51,930 bases of DNA, taken from positions 1-51,930 of IMG/VR virus record IMGVR_UViG_3300002092_000005; one strand, given 5' to 3'. Shown one piece after another: positions 36,948-46,179 of the stretch. The notes under the pieces were generated by a model. It did not search any database. It saw only the letters and a list, made by a program, of their open reading frames with translations, and was not told the DNA's origin. The position numbers and the translations under genes are program-made. Within the stretch, counting starts at the first letter, position 1; every line of letters begins with the position of its first letter. Origin of the DNA: a virus (Duplodnaviria; Caudoviricetes).

Positions 36948-37189
36948 TGCTACGAATAAATGAAGCCAAACCGATTGAAGAAATGTCATGCAATAACAAA
37001 TATTCAATTGAGAGCAGGGTTAATAGATTGCATTCTATGGCATCAAATCTATCTGTAATCAGAAAGCTTTGGAACAAGCGGGTACATCATGCCCCCAAAG
37101 CATTAAAGCGGGGTTACATTAAGTGCGTACTTGAAACGCATTTAGCTAACCAAGATTTGTACATTCGTGTTGTAAATGGATTGCTTTAA
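36947..37189 (+). CDS. Hypothetical early protein
   Basis: TAATG overlap with the upstream gene. Confidence 0.6.
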   Translation: MLRINEAKPIEEMSCNNKYSIESRVNRLHSMASNLSVIRKLWNKRVHHAPKALKRGYIKCVLETHLANQDLYIRVVNGLL

Positions 37190-37231
37190 ATATCATCCTA
37201 CCCTGTTTTTTTATGAAAGGAAGTTGAAATC

Positions 37232-37525
37232 ATGTTGAGCAAATACCAATCAGATTTAAAGGCTTCGATAGAATCTGCGATTAATTCAAAGCTTTCGATC
37301 ATATGCTTTGAAGGTTCTGGATCAATGTTTTTTGAGGGTTCTTTACCTAACAAGGCCAAGCACACCATAGGTGTATCAAACGAAGATTCTGGCCTACCAC
37401 AAGACGGGGAAAACATCCTTGTTTGCCACTACGATGATGATCAACCAATTAAAAGCAGGGTGTTCAATAGGTTGCCTGATGTTATTAACTTCATTAGGTC
37501 AATCGTGCTTGAACCTAATGCATAA
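37232..37525 (+). CDS. Hypothetical early protein
   Basis: SD AAAGGA. Confidence 0.6.
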   Translation: MLSKYQSDLKASIESAINSKLSIICFEGSGSMFFEGSLPNKAKHTIGVSNEDSGLPQDGENILVCHYDDDQPIKSRVFNRLPDVINFIRSIVLEPNA

Positions 37526-37658
37526 GACCCTGTTTTTCTTGACACTATGGGCCAAGAAGAACCGCGCGAAAAACTATCATAAAATTTTATGGATTGCTTG
37601 AAATTGTTTTAGGTTGATGGCGAATAGATATTACAACCACAATGAAAGGGGTTTCGAT

Positions 37659-37889
37659 ATGATTGAATTTAATAAGCAGCAGTTAGACATGATTAACTTT
37701 GCAATTTGCGACAAGTTTAGTCAGTTGTACAACAAACTTCAAGAGATTAAGAAGGCAGATCAGACCGGAATAATCGCAAGGATGGCTAACTATCCAAAAC
37801 AAAAAAAGGAGTTAAAGAACGAATTAAAAATACTGGAGCAGGTTTCGGCAATAATCCAAGAAGAAAGAAAAAAGGCCAATGCCAAATAA
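37659..37889 (+). CDS. Hypothetical coiled-coil protein
   Basis: AAGGGG upstream of ATG 37659 (MIEFNK). Confidence 0.6.
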   Translation: MIEFNKQQLDMINFAICDKFSQLYNKLQEIKKADQTGIIARMANYPKQKKELKNELKILEQVSAIIQEERKKANAK

Positions 37890-38220
37890 AGAATTGATTT
37901 CTATTACCACTAACTTAAACAGGGATACGATTAACATGGAAGCAGTTAAGAATATGTACCAAGCCATCAGAATGAACGCTGTTCAAATCTTTGAACACAA
38001 GTCTAAAGCATGGAAGACTGTCAGGCTTTTTGCCCTCGACAAATATGAAGATGCCAAAGAACTTGCTAAGGATCTTATTCAAGAATCAGTCCAGCAAGAC
38101 CCTGACGAAGAAGCATCGTGCGGGATTGTTGCCGAGGTTAATTTGTTACCAGCTTTGCTAGATCGCAAGCTTGTGTATGTGATTGAAGATACCAAAGAAA
38201 TTGTCATGTTAGATATTTAG
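37879..38220 (+). CDS. Hypothetical protein
   Basis: Overlap-coupled ORF, 113 aa. Confidence 0.6.
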   Translation: MPNKELISITTNLNRDTINMEAVKNMYQAIRMNAVQIFEHKSKAWKTVRLFALDKYEDAKELAKDLIQESVQQDPDEEASCGIVAEVNLLPALLDRKLVYVIEDTKEIVMLDI

Positions 38221-38249
38221 AACCCATTTAAAAACGAAAGGATAGTCAG

Positions 38250-38606
38250 ATGAAGATCATCAAAAACACGCTGGAATTAATAACCGAAACCTGGAGCGAT
38301 CCTGGCGATTACCCCAACGCATTAGCAAGAGGGCCACTTCCTTCAACTATTTGTGTCGAGGATATCAAAGGTCATCTTGTCATTCAGATCGAGGAATCAG
38401 ATAAAGATAATGAGGAGTGGGAGCAATGGGGTGCTGAACTTAATATGCATTACCTGATGCAAGATGTAAAGATAAGGCTTCAAGGTGTGCTGATAGAAAT
38501 CTGGCAGTTCTGTCCTGAGACTCATCATAATCCTAATGATGCTGCTAATCTTGATATGTGGACTTTAGTACCATATAAGTGGAATTCAGATAATTTTGAA
38601 TTGTAA
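38250..38606 (+). CDS. Hypothetical acidic protein
   Basis: SD AAAGGA; WSDPGDYPN motif. Confidence 0.65.
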   Translation: MKIIKNTLELITETWSDPGDYPNALARGPLPSTICVEDIKGHLVIQIEESDKDNEEWEQWGAELNMHYLMQDVKIRLQGVLIEIWQFCPETHHNPNDAANLDMWTLVPYKWNSDNFEL

Positions 38607-38679
38607 TGACCCTGTTTTTGAATGGATACACCACCGCTTTGGTGGAGTCCAAAAGTTTTATCCTTGAAGGGGATTAACC

Positions 38680-38946
38680 ATGTCTATTCAATCCGCTTTA
38701 TCTTCCAAGTTTGCTGACAAGGGAGAACCCAATTACGATCCTAATCGAATTGTTACAATCAATTTAAAGGCATCAGAGGCTTATATTCTCAGGTTCATAT
38801 CTGCCATCCTATCTGATGAACGATGTACTGATGATGGTAGGACATCCATTATTAGTGGATGTAATGCTACTACACAGGATATGGCAAAAATTCATAGTAA
38901 AATCTATTGTGATATTATGGGATGGAATCGTGCGGATTTAGATTAA
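38680..38946 (+). CDS. Hypothetical protein
   Basis: SD AAGGGG. Confidence 0.6.
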   Translation: MSIQSALSSKFADKGEPNYDPNRIVTINLKASEAYILRFISAILSDERCTDDGRTSIISGCNATTQDMAKIHSKIYCDIMGWNRADLD

Positions 38947-39013
38947 CAGACCCCTTTTTTCTTCACCCTATAGGCCAAACCTGTAGGGTGAAAAATTCTA
39001 TTAGGAAAGCAAT

Positions 39014-39325
39014 ATGAAAAGACCTATTGAATGCTCTAAATGCGGTAAACATATCATTAAAATGTATGGCTATAAAGATTTGTGTAACATTTGTCACACA
39101 AGAAGTTTAAATCTTAGTGCAAGGGGTGCTGCGGAACTTAAAAGGCTAAAAGACGAACTGAGAAAAGTTAAAGCCCAGCTAAAGTCTTTGCGAACAACTT
39201 TATCAAACCACAAGGTTTCTTTAAAAACCGCAGCAAGAGTTAATGAAAAGCTTAAGCTTGAAAACAATGAGCTTGAAGCGTATTTTGCACACACAATCGC
39301 CTTAAGTAAAAAAGAAAAGGAATAA
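39014..39325 (+). CDS. Zn-finger plus coiled-coil protein
   Basis: CSKC...CNIC followed by heptad repeats. Confidence 0.6.
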   Translation: MKRPIECSKCGKHIIKMYGYKDLCNICHTRSLNLSARGAAELKRLKDELRKVKAQLKSLRTTLSNHKVSLKTAARVNEKLKLENNELEAYFAHTIALSKKEKE

Positions 39326-39327
39326 AC

Positions 39328-39921
39328 ATGAAGGTATTAGTTGCTTGCGAGTACAGCGGGGTTGTCAGGGATGCGTTCACGGCCAGGGGGCATGAAGCAT
39401 GGTCATGCGATTTGCTTCCTACGGATCGGCCCGGTCTTCATCACGAAGGTGACATAATAAAATTTATGCAGGGGAATCTTGGTTGGGATCTTGTTATAGC
39501 ACACCCGCCCTGCACCTACATGACTAACTCAGGAGTGTGCTGGCTTCACAAAGATCCTACTAGATGGGATCGATTAGCCGAAGCAGCAAACTTCTTCAAT
39601 CAACTGCACAACTGCAAAATAGGTAAAATATGTATTGAAAATCCTATTATGCATAAGTATGCAAAGAACTTAATATCTTCTAATTACTCTCAGATAATTC
39701 AACCTTGGATGTTTGGTCACACAGAACAAAAGGCAACTTGTTTATGGCTTCAAGGATTACCACCGCTTAAGCCAACCAAGAATGTAAAGGAAGACATGAT
39801 GAAGTTACCGCACAGAGAGCGAAACAAGATGCATTATCTTCCACCATCAAAGGATCGATGGAAGCTAAGATCAACAACCTATCAAGGTATTGCAGATGCA
39901 ATGGCTGATCAATGGGGATGA
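39328..39921 (+). CDS. Short DNA (cytosine-C5) methyltransferase-like protein
   Basis: VLVACEYSG (motif I-like), CDL, DLVIAHPPCT (catalytic PC), IENP, QPWMFG and KATCLW. Confidence 0.75.
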   Translation: MKVLVACEYSGVVRDAFTARGHEAWSCDLLPTDRPGLHHEGDIIKFMQGNLGWDLVIAHPPCTYMTNSGVCWLHKDPTRWDRLAEAANFFNQLHNCKIGKICIENPIMHKYAKNLISSNYSQIIQPWMFGHTEQKATCLWLQGLPPLKPTKNVKEDMMKLPHRERNKMHYLPPSKDRWKLRSTTYQGIADAMADQWG

Positions 39922-39964
39922 TTCCACTAGCAAAAACACCATGTAATCATGTATACTGTTAGCC

Positions 39965-39993
39965 AAGAGGGTTCGTAAGACCCTCTTTTTTTT
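39965..39993 (+). terminator. Rho-independent terminator
   Basis: AAGAGGGT-tcgtaag-ACCCTCTT followed by a T run. Confidence 0.7.
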
Positions 39994-40010
39994 GGCCACA
40001 GGTACAGATC

Positions 40011-40550
40011 ATGGATGACAAAAACTATTGGTCGTTTACTGATATCGCTGCTGACCTTGACCTCGCTTATACAACCATCAGAAGAAACATCGAAACATTC
40101 ATCAAACAAAAGAAAATGAAACCGCTCACCAGAATGAAAGCGGACAAAGGACATTTCTGTTCGGTCATGGACAGCACTCAATACAGTTTATTTCGAGAGT
40201 TAATGCGAGGAAGAACTGTAGTTAATAAAGAAGACCAAGCGGTTAATGATAAAATTTCTGATGACGGATTCTTTTATCTTATTCTTCTTGTACCTGAGTT
40301 CTCTCAAGGGAGAATCAAAGCTGGATTCACATCCAGACTGGATTCCAGGTTCACAGAACATCTAATGTCAGCACCAACGGCAAAGCTAATCTATTCAACT
40401 CCATGTCAGCGAGCATGGGAAACATTCTTGTTAGCTTATGTACACAGTCATGGGGAGAAAATAAGATCAGAAGTGTTTGATGTTAAAAATACAAAAGAGC
40501 TAATTAAAAACCTTAAGACCCTCTTTAAACAGGTAGGGCAACGAAAATGA
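40011..40550 (+). CDS. HTH fused to a T5orf172/GIY-YIG-like domain
   Basis: FTDIAADLDLAYTTIRR (HTH); GFFYLI...IKAGFTSRLDSRF...E.FDV. Confidence 0.6.
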   Translation: MDDKNYWSFTDIAADLDLAYTTIRRNIETFIKQKKMKPLTRMKADKGHFCSVMDSTQYSLFRELMRGRTVVNKEDQAVNDKISDDGFFYLILLVPEFSQGRIKAGFTSRLDSRFTEHLMSAPTAKLIYSTPCQRAWETFLLAYVHSHGEKIRSEVFDVKNTKELIKNLKTLFKQVGQRK

Positions 40551-40632
40551 ATCACGGCAAAATTTGATTCCGAAACCAATTTCGTGATCATACGGAAATG
40601 GTCATAAAACAAGGCATTTGCCATGCGGTGTT

Positions 40633-40818
40633 TTACAGATTTTTTTTCCAAGAAGAAATCAAATGTTCTTTTAGATTTTCATATTCACGCACCCCTGTTT
40701 CAATTGCAAGTGATGAAACCAAATCAACTTTTACTTTATCTTGTCGCATCGTTATTATTGTTTGTGCAATGGATGAGTTTAAAATTGAAATTTGGTATTC
40801 TGTTAATTCGATAATCAT
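40633..40818 (-). CDS. Hypothetical protein
   Basis: ATGA overlap with the upstream gene; SD GGAGG. Confidence 0.55.
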   Translation of the reverse strand: MIIELTEYQISILNSSIAQTIITMRQDKVKVDLVSSLAIETGVREYENLKEHLISSWKKNL

Positions 40819-41099
40819 TTCTGTTCCTCCAACTCTGTATCCTTAAGCATTTCAGCTAGGGCAATGTAAGCAGCAGCATCCTCAAGGGTATCCTGATGAT
40901 ACCCCTGAGATAATCTAGCCATTTTCAGCATAGCCATCATTACAGCTACTTCATAAGCGGTAACTTCCCGCTTCAAGAAGTTAGTCCAAGAGTCAGCAAT
41001 ACGCTTCAGATTAAGCTCTGGAGCATCGTATTGATTAGCTCGCTCCACAATGTGTTCAGTACAGCGGGAGAAGAATTCAGATAACAAATATCTATCCAT
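40815..41099 (-). CDS. DUF6378-like protein
   Basis: ER..QY....NLKRIADSW...EVAVMMAMLKMAR...DTLEDAAAY. Confidence 0.7.
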   Translation of the reverse strand: MDRYLLSEFFSRCTEHIVERANQYDAPELNLKRIADSWTNFLKREVTAYEVAVMMAMLKMARLSQGYHQDTLEDAAAYIALAEMLKDTELEEQK

Positions 41100-41355
41100 T
41101 TATTTTCCCCTTTAATTCAGATCGTTTTTTAATTGCTGATTCCAACGGAATCAAAAAGGTTTTGTTGTTTTTGTTTTCAAGCGGGTTTTCATGCTGATCA
41201 ATATGTTCAGCAATAATCGATGAATCATCCAAATCAATCACACCTTCCAATTTGTTTCTCATTAGAAAATATCCAATGCGAACCCTGTTAACACCAATTA
41301 TTTTTGCTGCTTCTCTTGCAGTTACATATGTTTGATCGCCTACTTTAATTGCCAT
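41092..41355 (-). CDS. HTH DNA-binding protein (Xis/MerR-like)
   Basis: YVTAREAAKIIGVNRVRI...FLIP; start placed at MAIKVG. Confidence 0.65.
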   Translation of the reverse strand: MAIKVGDQTYVTAREAAKIIGVNRVRIGYFLMRNKLEGVIDLDDSSIIAEHIDQHENPLENKNNKTFLIPLESAIKKRSELKGKING

Positions 41356-41773
41356 TTGAAACACCTTCCATTTCTTTTCTATTGTTAATCTGTTCTAATA
41401 CTGCTGCCCTAATCTTTTCGTCAACAAGTTCACGCTCTTTAGCTTTCTCTTGCTTCCTTAAGGTGGCAGCAAGCTTCTTTTCTTTTGCTGTAATCTTCCT
41501 TGTCTCTCTTCGCATCATCTTATCTAATACTGAAGACATTGGCACAAGAAAATGAGACTTACTTTTCTTGTTAAACTTTTCCAGTTCAACCGGATCTATC
41601 TCAATACCAACCATCCTAATGGCTTGCATTAGTGGCTTTTGATCACTCATGTCTATTACTCCACGGAATTCATTCCTGTAGAAATAATGAGCGATCAGAC
41701 CAGAATTAACACCCATAACTAATTGGGCTTCTGGGCTGGTCAAATACAATTCATCACCGATATATACTGGCAT
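41345..41773 (-). CDS. HTH DNA-binding protein, paralogue of the downstream gene
   Basis: YLTSPEAQLVMGVNSGLI...GVID...FLVP. Confidence 0.65.
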   Translation of the reverse strand: MPVYIGDELYLTSPEAQLVMGVNSGLIAHYFYRNEFRGVIDMSDQKPLMQAIRMVGIEIDPVELEKFNKKSKSHFLVPMSSVLDKMMRRETRKITAKEKKLAATLRKQEKAKERELVDEKIRAAVLEQINNRKEMEGVSNGN

Positions 41774-41775
41774 AA

Positions 41776-42369
41776 CTATTCCCCTTTCTTTCTAACTAAC
41801 TCTTCAGCAATTTCCAAAAGCTTAGAACTGTTCTTAGCTTGAAATTTTAAGATAGGATACAGACTCATGAGCATTACAATTCGCTCGTTCAACTTCTGTG
41901 TCCATCTCCATCCATTAGATTCAATCCCATTGACAGTCACGCTAACACCATCATAGATAGCCTGTTCACACCCTTTTGAAGCCATCAACCCAGGGAACAA
42001 ACCATCTACAATTTCTGCAACTTCTTCTAGAAGGTCAGCGATACGCTTCTTATTAAGCTCATAAGGCTCATTAGAATCAGACTTCTTAACCGATTTGCAC
42101 CATTCGCAACAAGCCATGCAAGCTGCGAAATTAATGTAGGAATCGGGCTTGCGTTTAGCTACTTCGGAATCCTCCCAAAGCATAGATAGATTAGCCAAAG
42201 CTTCGGAGGCAGCAGCAAACATCTCATCAGGCATTATTTCCAGCCCTGTTAGTTCTCGTGCAATAAAACACGCTCTTCTAGCACAGGTTTGGACTGCTGC
42301 AACTTTAGATATTTTTGCCATTTTGTTGTCCTCTGGGCTTCCATTCCCCGAATCTTTATTATGAAACAT
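41776..42369 (-). CDS. Hypothetical helical protein
   Basis: 197-aa ORF with AAAGGT SD, tightly packed in the operon. Confidence 0.65.
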   Translation of the reverse strand: MFHNKDSGNGSPEDNKMAKISKVAAVQTCARRACFIARELTGLEIMPDEMFAAASEALANLSMLWEDSEVAKRKPDSYINFAACMACCEWCKSVKKSDSNEPYELNKKRIADLLEEVAEIVDGLFPGLMASKGCEQAIYDGVSVTVNGIESNGWRWTQKLNERIVMLMSLYPILKFQAKNSSKLLEIAEELVRKKGE

Positions 42370-42383
42370 TATAACCTTTCTGT

Positions 42384-42755
42384 TTAGTTTTTGCTAAGTT
42401 CAATTGCCACATAAGAATCATCCCCATTTTTAAGCTTTGGACATAGTTTAATGGTGATGGATTTAACACAATCAGTATCATCTCCAAGCAAATACCCACA
42501 ATGTTGGAGTTGATCAAGTATCGGCTTGATGCGGTTATCCAGATCAGATTTTCTCCAGTTTTTCCCAGGGTAAACCATGATCAGTACATCCACAGGAAAT
42601 AGGCAAGGTTCAATCTTATTTCTGTCATCGACATGGTGAAGGTTTTCCTCCCGCCATTGCCGATACTTTTCGCTAAGAATAACCCTGCCTTTAAAATTCC
42701 TCCAACAGGCATTAGCTGATGGAGGAAGGGTGAATAAGATTGGATCGACTGGCAT
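42384..42755 (-). CDS. rusA: RusA-like Holliday junction resolvase
   Basis: LPPSANACWR and DLDNRIKPILDQL...GDD catalytic aspartates; start at MPVDP. Confidence 0.8.
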   Translation of the reverse strand: MPVDPILFTLPPSANACWRNFKGRVILSEKYRQWREENLHHVDDRNKIEPCLFPVDVLIMVYPGKNWRKSDLDNRIKPILDQLQHCGYLLGDDTDCVKSITIKLCPKLKNGDDSYVAIELSKN

Positions 42756-42756
42756 A

Positions 42757-43542
42757 TTATCTCCATGACCATGCTGGTGCAGTAATCTTCGGAACAATGC
42801 CATAATACTCAGGTACGAATACCCCAGTCTGATGGGCAGCGAGGTATTTGCGAATCGCTTCAAATACTTGGTTCTCTGCACGATCCAAATCGCTCGAATC
42901 AAACTGGCAGATCATACACGAAGGATACTCATTTTTATCAACAATTATGTGATACACATCGTTGATTGGAATCTGCATCGATCTCAGGCAGAATCGATAT
43001 AAAGCCATCTGACGAAGGTATCCATTGAATACACATTCTTTGGCCCAGTCCATTGGATCATAAGAACCAACTGTTTTTAGATCGACTAGCAAACCTTTTT
43101 CTGGACAGTACATATCAGGAATGAATTTGATTTGCAATGGTTGCCCATCAAATTCAATAGTGGTTAAAATCTCTCGCTCTTTAATAATCGATGGCGAATT
43201 AAAATACTGTGATGCAGAATTTTCTGCAATCGCAGCGATCATTTTATTAGCTTGTTCGACATCATCATGGGTAATGATTTCAACGCCATCTGCTAAAGAT
43301 GTTTTGAAGTTATCCCAAGTCTCTTTGCCAATCTTAGTTCGCTTATCACAAACTGGGGCAACCGCAAAGCGATCACTAATTGTAGCTGGTTCAAGCAACA
43401 TAGCATGAACTAAAGATCCAAGGATCATTGCTGGAGAAGCATCACGAACCACAACCTTGTCTATATAAGTCTTCTTATACAGAGCAGGGTTTTTTCTAAA
43501 CAATTCTAGGCGGGAATGAGACACATATTCTATCGGGTACAT
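42757..43542 (-). CDS. PD-(D/E)XK exonuclease (RecE/exonuclease VIII-like, DUF3799)
   Basis: SHSRL, GSLVHAMLLEP, DKRTK.GK, PD...VDLKT and YLRQMALY. Confidence 0.85.
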   Translation of the reverse strand: MYPIEYVSHSRLELFRKNPALYKKTYIDKVVVRDASPAMILGSLVHAMLLEPATISDRFAVAPVCDKRTKIGKETWDNFKTSLADGVEIITHDDVEQANKMIAAIAENSASQYFNSPSIIKEREILTTIEFDGQPLQIKFIPDMYCPEKGLLVDLKTVGSYDPMDWAKECVFNGYLRQMALYRFCLRSMQIPINDVYHIIVDKNEYPSCMICQFDSSDLDRAENQVFEAIRKYLAAHQTGVFVPEYYGIVPKITAPAWSWR

Positions 43543-43712
43543 TAAACACTCTTTTCTTTAAAAAATTTCTCTAAGATTTCCAGAACCTGACCATTCATAG
43601 TTCTGTTTTGGCTAAGTGCCAAGTAATTCAACTGTTCTTTTAAATCCGAATTAGGCCGAAAAACTACTGTGAGCTTTTGCCTGTCTTTCTTAGACCCGTG
43701 TCTTTTTGGCAT
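43542..43712 (-). CDS. Unannotated Arc-like ribbon-helix-helix regulator (56 aa)
   Basis: Hand translation MPKRHGSKKDRQKLTVVFRPNSDLKEQLNYLALSQNRTMNGQVLEILEKFFKEKSV matches the Arc pattern; TAATG-coupled to the exonuclease. Confidence 0.75.
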   Translation of the reverse strand: MPKRHGSKKDRQKLTVVFRPNSDLKEQLNYLALSQNRTMNGQVLEILEKFFKEKSV

Positions 43713-43884
43713 TTCCCTTCTCCTTCTCTAGTGATGCTTGATATGCATTCCATTCAGCATCATATTTCCAGGGTTTTTCAAAATAGTAAATCAAATTACC
43801 AACACCTCCAGCACCATCCCATTGACCTTCTTCCTTTAGCCATCGAGCTAAAGCGAGAAGATTATCGTGGATTGTGTACCACAT
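43690..43884 (-). CDS. Hypothetical protein
   Basis: SD AAGGGGTG; YYFEKPWKY motif. Confidence 0.6.
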   Translation of the reverse strand: MWYTIHDNLLALARWLKEEGQWDGAGGVGNLIYYFEKPWKYDAEWNAYQASLEKEKGNAKKTRV

Positions 43885-44160
43885 ATAGCACCCCTTTCAA
43901 AAGGTTAAAGAAGGGCTTAGAAGCTGCAAACTTCCAAGCCCCGAATATTCTGCCCCGATCCAATTTTAAGAGACAGATCGGCAGAACACTCATGCTTTTT
44001 ATCAGCACATAATAAATATACCATAAATGTTTTTAATTACCATAGAATCTTTTATTTTCTTTTATTTTCTGTTTTTTTCTGATTTGGGTTTGACTTTTAA
44101 ATTGTTCGCTCGTAGGATAGACGATGTGGTGGGAGTGGAACTGAGTTTGGAGTTGGCAAG

Positions 44161-44403
44161 ATGCCTCGTAAACAAAGACATAAACTGCTTTCGTATGACG
44201 AAGCTGCAAGCTTTTGTCCACATCCCCCTGGAAGCACAGAAAAAATAATTGTTTTGGAAGCTAGGCTTTTTTACGGAATTGATCTGTATCACTCAGGTGA
44301 TAATACGATACCAATAATTCCAAGAGATAAAAAACACGCTTCCAAAACAGAACCACAATCTTATCCAGATGCGGAGATACATCTGGATGATGATGATGAC
44401 TAG
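44161..44403 (+). CDS. Hypothetical protein with PGSxEK motif
   Basis: SD GGAG; PPGSTEKIIVLEAR...LYHSGD. Confidence 0.6.
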   Translation: MPRKQRHKLLSYDEAASFCPHPPGSTEKIIVLEARLFYGIDLYHSGDNTIPIIPRDKKHASKTEPQSYPDAEIHLDDDDD

Positions 44404-44519
44404 CGGTGGTCATATGGGTTGACTTGTTGTTTACCCTAAAAAGACATTGGTTTTTACCGAGGCCAATTAGTAACACACACCGCTAGTTATTTTTACTTTT
44501 TTTAAGAAAGGGGAATGTC

Positions 44520-44972
44520 ATGGAAGATGAAATTGCCATGATTGATCGTGAGTTAAGGCAGATAGTTGTTCCAAGTTTCAGTCCACCATGCAGTCTTAAT
44601 GACGATGCATCTGTAGAACCGCTAACCATAACAGGTATCGTTAATGCTGACGAGCAACTTTTAAAGTTTCTTTTGTTTAATGGCATTAGCACCCATGCTA
44701 TTGGCCAAAATAAGATGATGAGCATTACTTCAATAGATGACATCACTTCTGGCAGGGGATCGTATTCTGACACGATCATTAAAGTGAGAATGAAAATGGG
44801 CGATTTAAACACAGTTGTCTCTATTGAATTATCAAACGAGCAGCTTGAAGAGATTGTAAGGATTGGACTTCGCACCCAATTCGGTGCAAATGTTGAATCG
44901 GTCAAAGTGATATCGTTGTATCACGGCTTGAAGAAGTACGAGCTTGAAGTTACTTTTAAAGGGAGGGGTTAA
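44520..44972 (+). CDS. Hypothetical protein
   Basis: SD AAGGGG; 150 aa. Confidence 0.6.
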   Translation: MEDEIAMIDRELRQIVVPSFSPPCSLNDDASVEPLTITGIVNADEQLLKFLLFNGISTHAIGQNKMMSITSIDDITSGRGSYSDTIIKVRMKMGDLNTVVSIELSNEQLEEIVRIGLRTQFGANVESVKVISLYHGLKKYELEVTFKGRG

Positions 44973-44973
44973 C

Positions 44974-45711
44974 ATGAAGATTGGGAAGCCTGTTGGTTTT
45001 GGCCAGCTTAACAAACCGAAAGCAGTTGTTTTCGGGGCTGAAGGTTCGGGTAAATCTACGATGGGCAGTAAGCTTACCAAAGCTTTGTTCATCGATGTCG
45101 AGGGTGGTATCTCAGGCATAGACATTGATTGTGTGGCAATCAAAACATGGGCAGAATTTGTAGCTACGATTAAAGAAATCGTAACAACAGCAGAATTTGC
45201 CTATGAAAATATTGTCATCGATTCTCTAACCGCTTTGGAAAGATTGTTGCATCAGCACATCTGCCAAACGAGTGGAGCATCGTCAATCGTCTTGGCTTGC
45301 GGTGGGTATGGAAAAGGCTTAGTAGAGTCTGTAACGCAGATGTCTCTGCTGATAAATAGCCTTAATGCTAAGAAGGATCTAGGTGTTTACTTCCTGTGCC
45401 ATTCAACAGTAAAGTCTGTTAATGATCCAACAAGAGGTGAATACGCAAGCTTTGGTGTTCGGGCTGATAAAGCCATGTCTGAATGGGTAACCTCTTGGGC
45501 TGATCTAATCGGATTTATTGAAATCGACCTAATGGTGGGTGACGATGGTAAACCGATTATTAAGAAAGATGGTAATGAGGTTCGCAGAACCATTACTGTT
45601 ACACCAAGGGGCGGTTTGACTGCGAAATCACGGATTCCAGGCGTAACTGGAACGATGACTGTTGATAGTTTTGTTACCAAGATCAATGAGATTTTTAAGA
45701 AAGGTAAGTAG
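44974..45711 (+). CDS. AAA_24-family ATPase (Sak4-like recombination protein)
   Basis: GAEGSGKST, FIDVEGG, IVIDSL, GGYGKG and AKSR; start at MKIGK after GGAGGGG. Confidence 0.8.
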   Translation: MKIGKPVGFGQLNKPKAVVFGAEGSGKSTMGSKLTKALFIDVEGGISGIDIDCVAIKTWAEFVATIKEIVTTAEFAYENIVIDSLTALERLLHQHICQTSGASSIVLACGGYGKGLVESVTQMSLLINSLNAKKDLGVYFLCHSTVKSVNDPTRGEYASFGVRADKAMSEWVTSWADLIGFIEIDLMVGDDGKPIIKKDGNEVRRTITVTPRGGLTAKSRIPGVTGTMTVDSFVTKINEIFKKGK

Positions 45712-45713
45712 CC

Positions 45714-46115
45714 ATGAGTTTATCAGATGATTTTGAAATCTTTGGACAAGATGAAGCGAAGGAACTTCAGAAGTCCGATATCCTCCCTGCGGGAGAATAT
45801 CCAGTTACGATAACCAGAGCGGAAGTCCGCACCAAGGATGACAAAAAATGGTTGTCTCTTGGTTGCCAGATCGATGCTCCACATGATATGCAGGGGCGGT
45901 TCAAAACCTTCACGCTGTATATCAAAGATGGTCATCCTAACCCACAAGTTTGCAATATTCATGCAAAACTGAGGCAGAGTCTTGATGCTGCCTTGGGTCT
46001 TGATCGCATGACCCTGACCAATATCATTGGTCAATCATGTGTGGTTAAAATCAAGAATAGCGAAAAGAACGGATCTACATACGAGAATGTAGAAAAGTTT
46101 TTGAAAGCTATTTAA
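45714..46115 (+). CDS. DUF669-like ssDNA-binding protein 1
   Basis: LPAGEYPVTITRAEVRT...; follows the Sak4-like ATPase. Confidence 0.7.
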   Translation: MSLSDDFEIFGQDEAKELQKSDILPAGEYPVTITRAEVRTKDDKKWLSLGCQIDAPHDMQGRFKTFTLYIKDGHPNPQVCNIHAKLRQSLDAALGLDRMTLTNIIGQSCVVKIKNSEKNGSTYENVEKFLKAI

Positions 46116-46117
46116 TC

Positions 46118-46179
46118 TTTGCTCATGCTGTGCTTGGAAGCAACCGATAAGAAAGGTAAGGAGGTGCAGCATGAGTAAA
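46118..46179 (+). promoter_or_regulatory. Hairpin sequestering the SD and ATG of the lipoprotein gene
   Basis: 46118-46135 pairs with 46162-46179 (18 bp, 4 G-U), covering the AGGT part of AAGGAGGT and the ATG. Confidence 0.6.
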
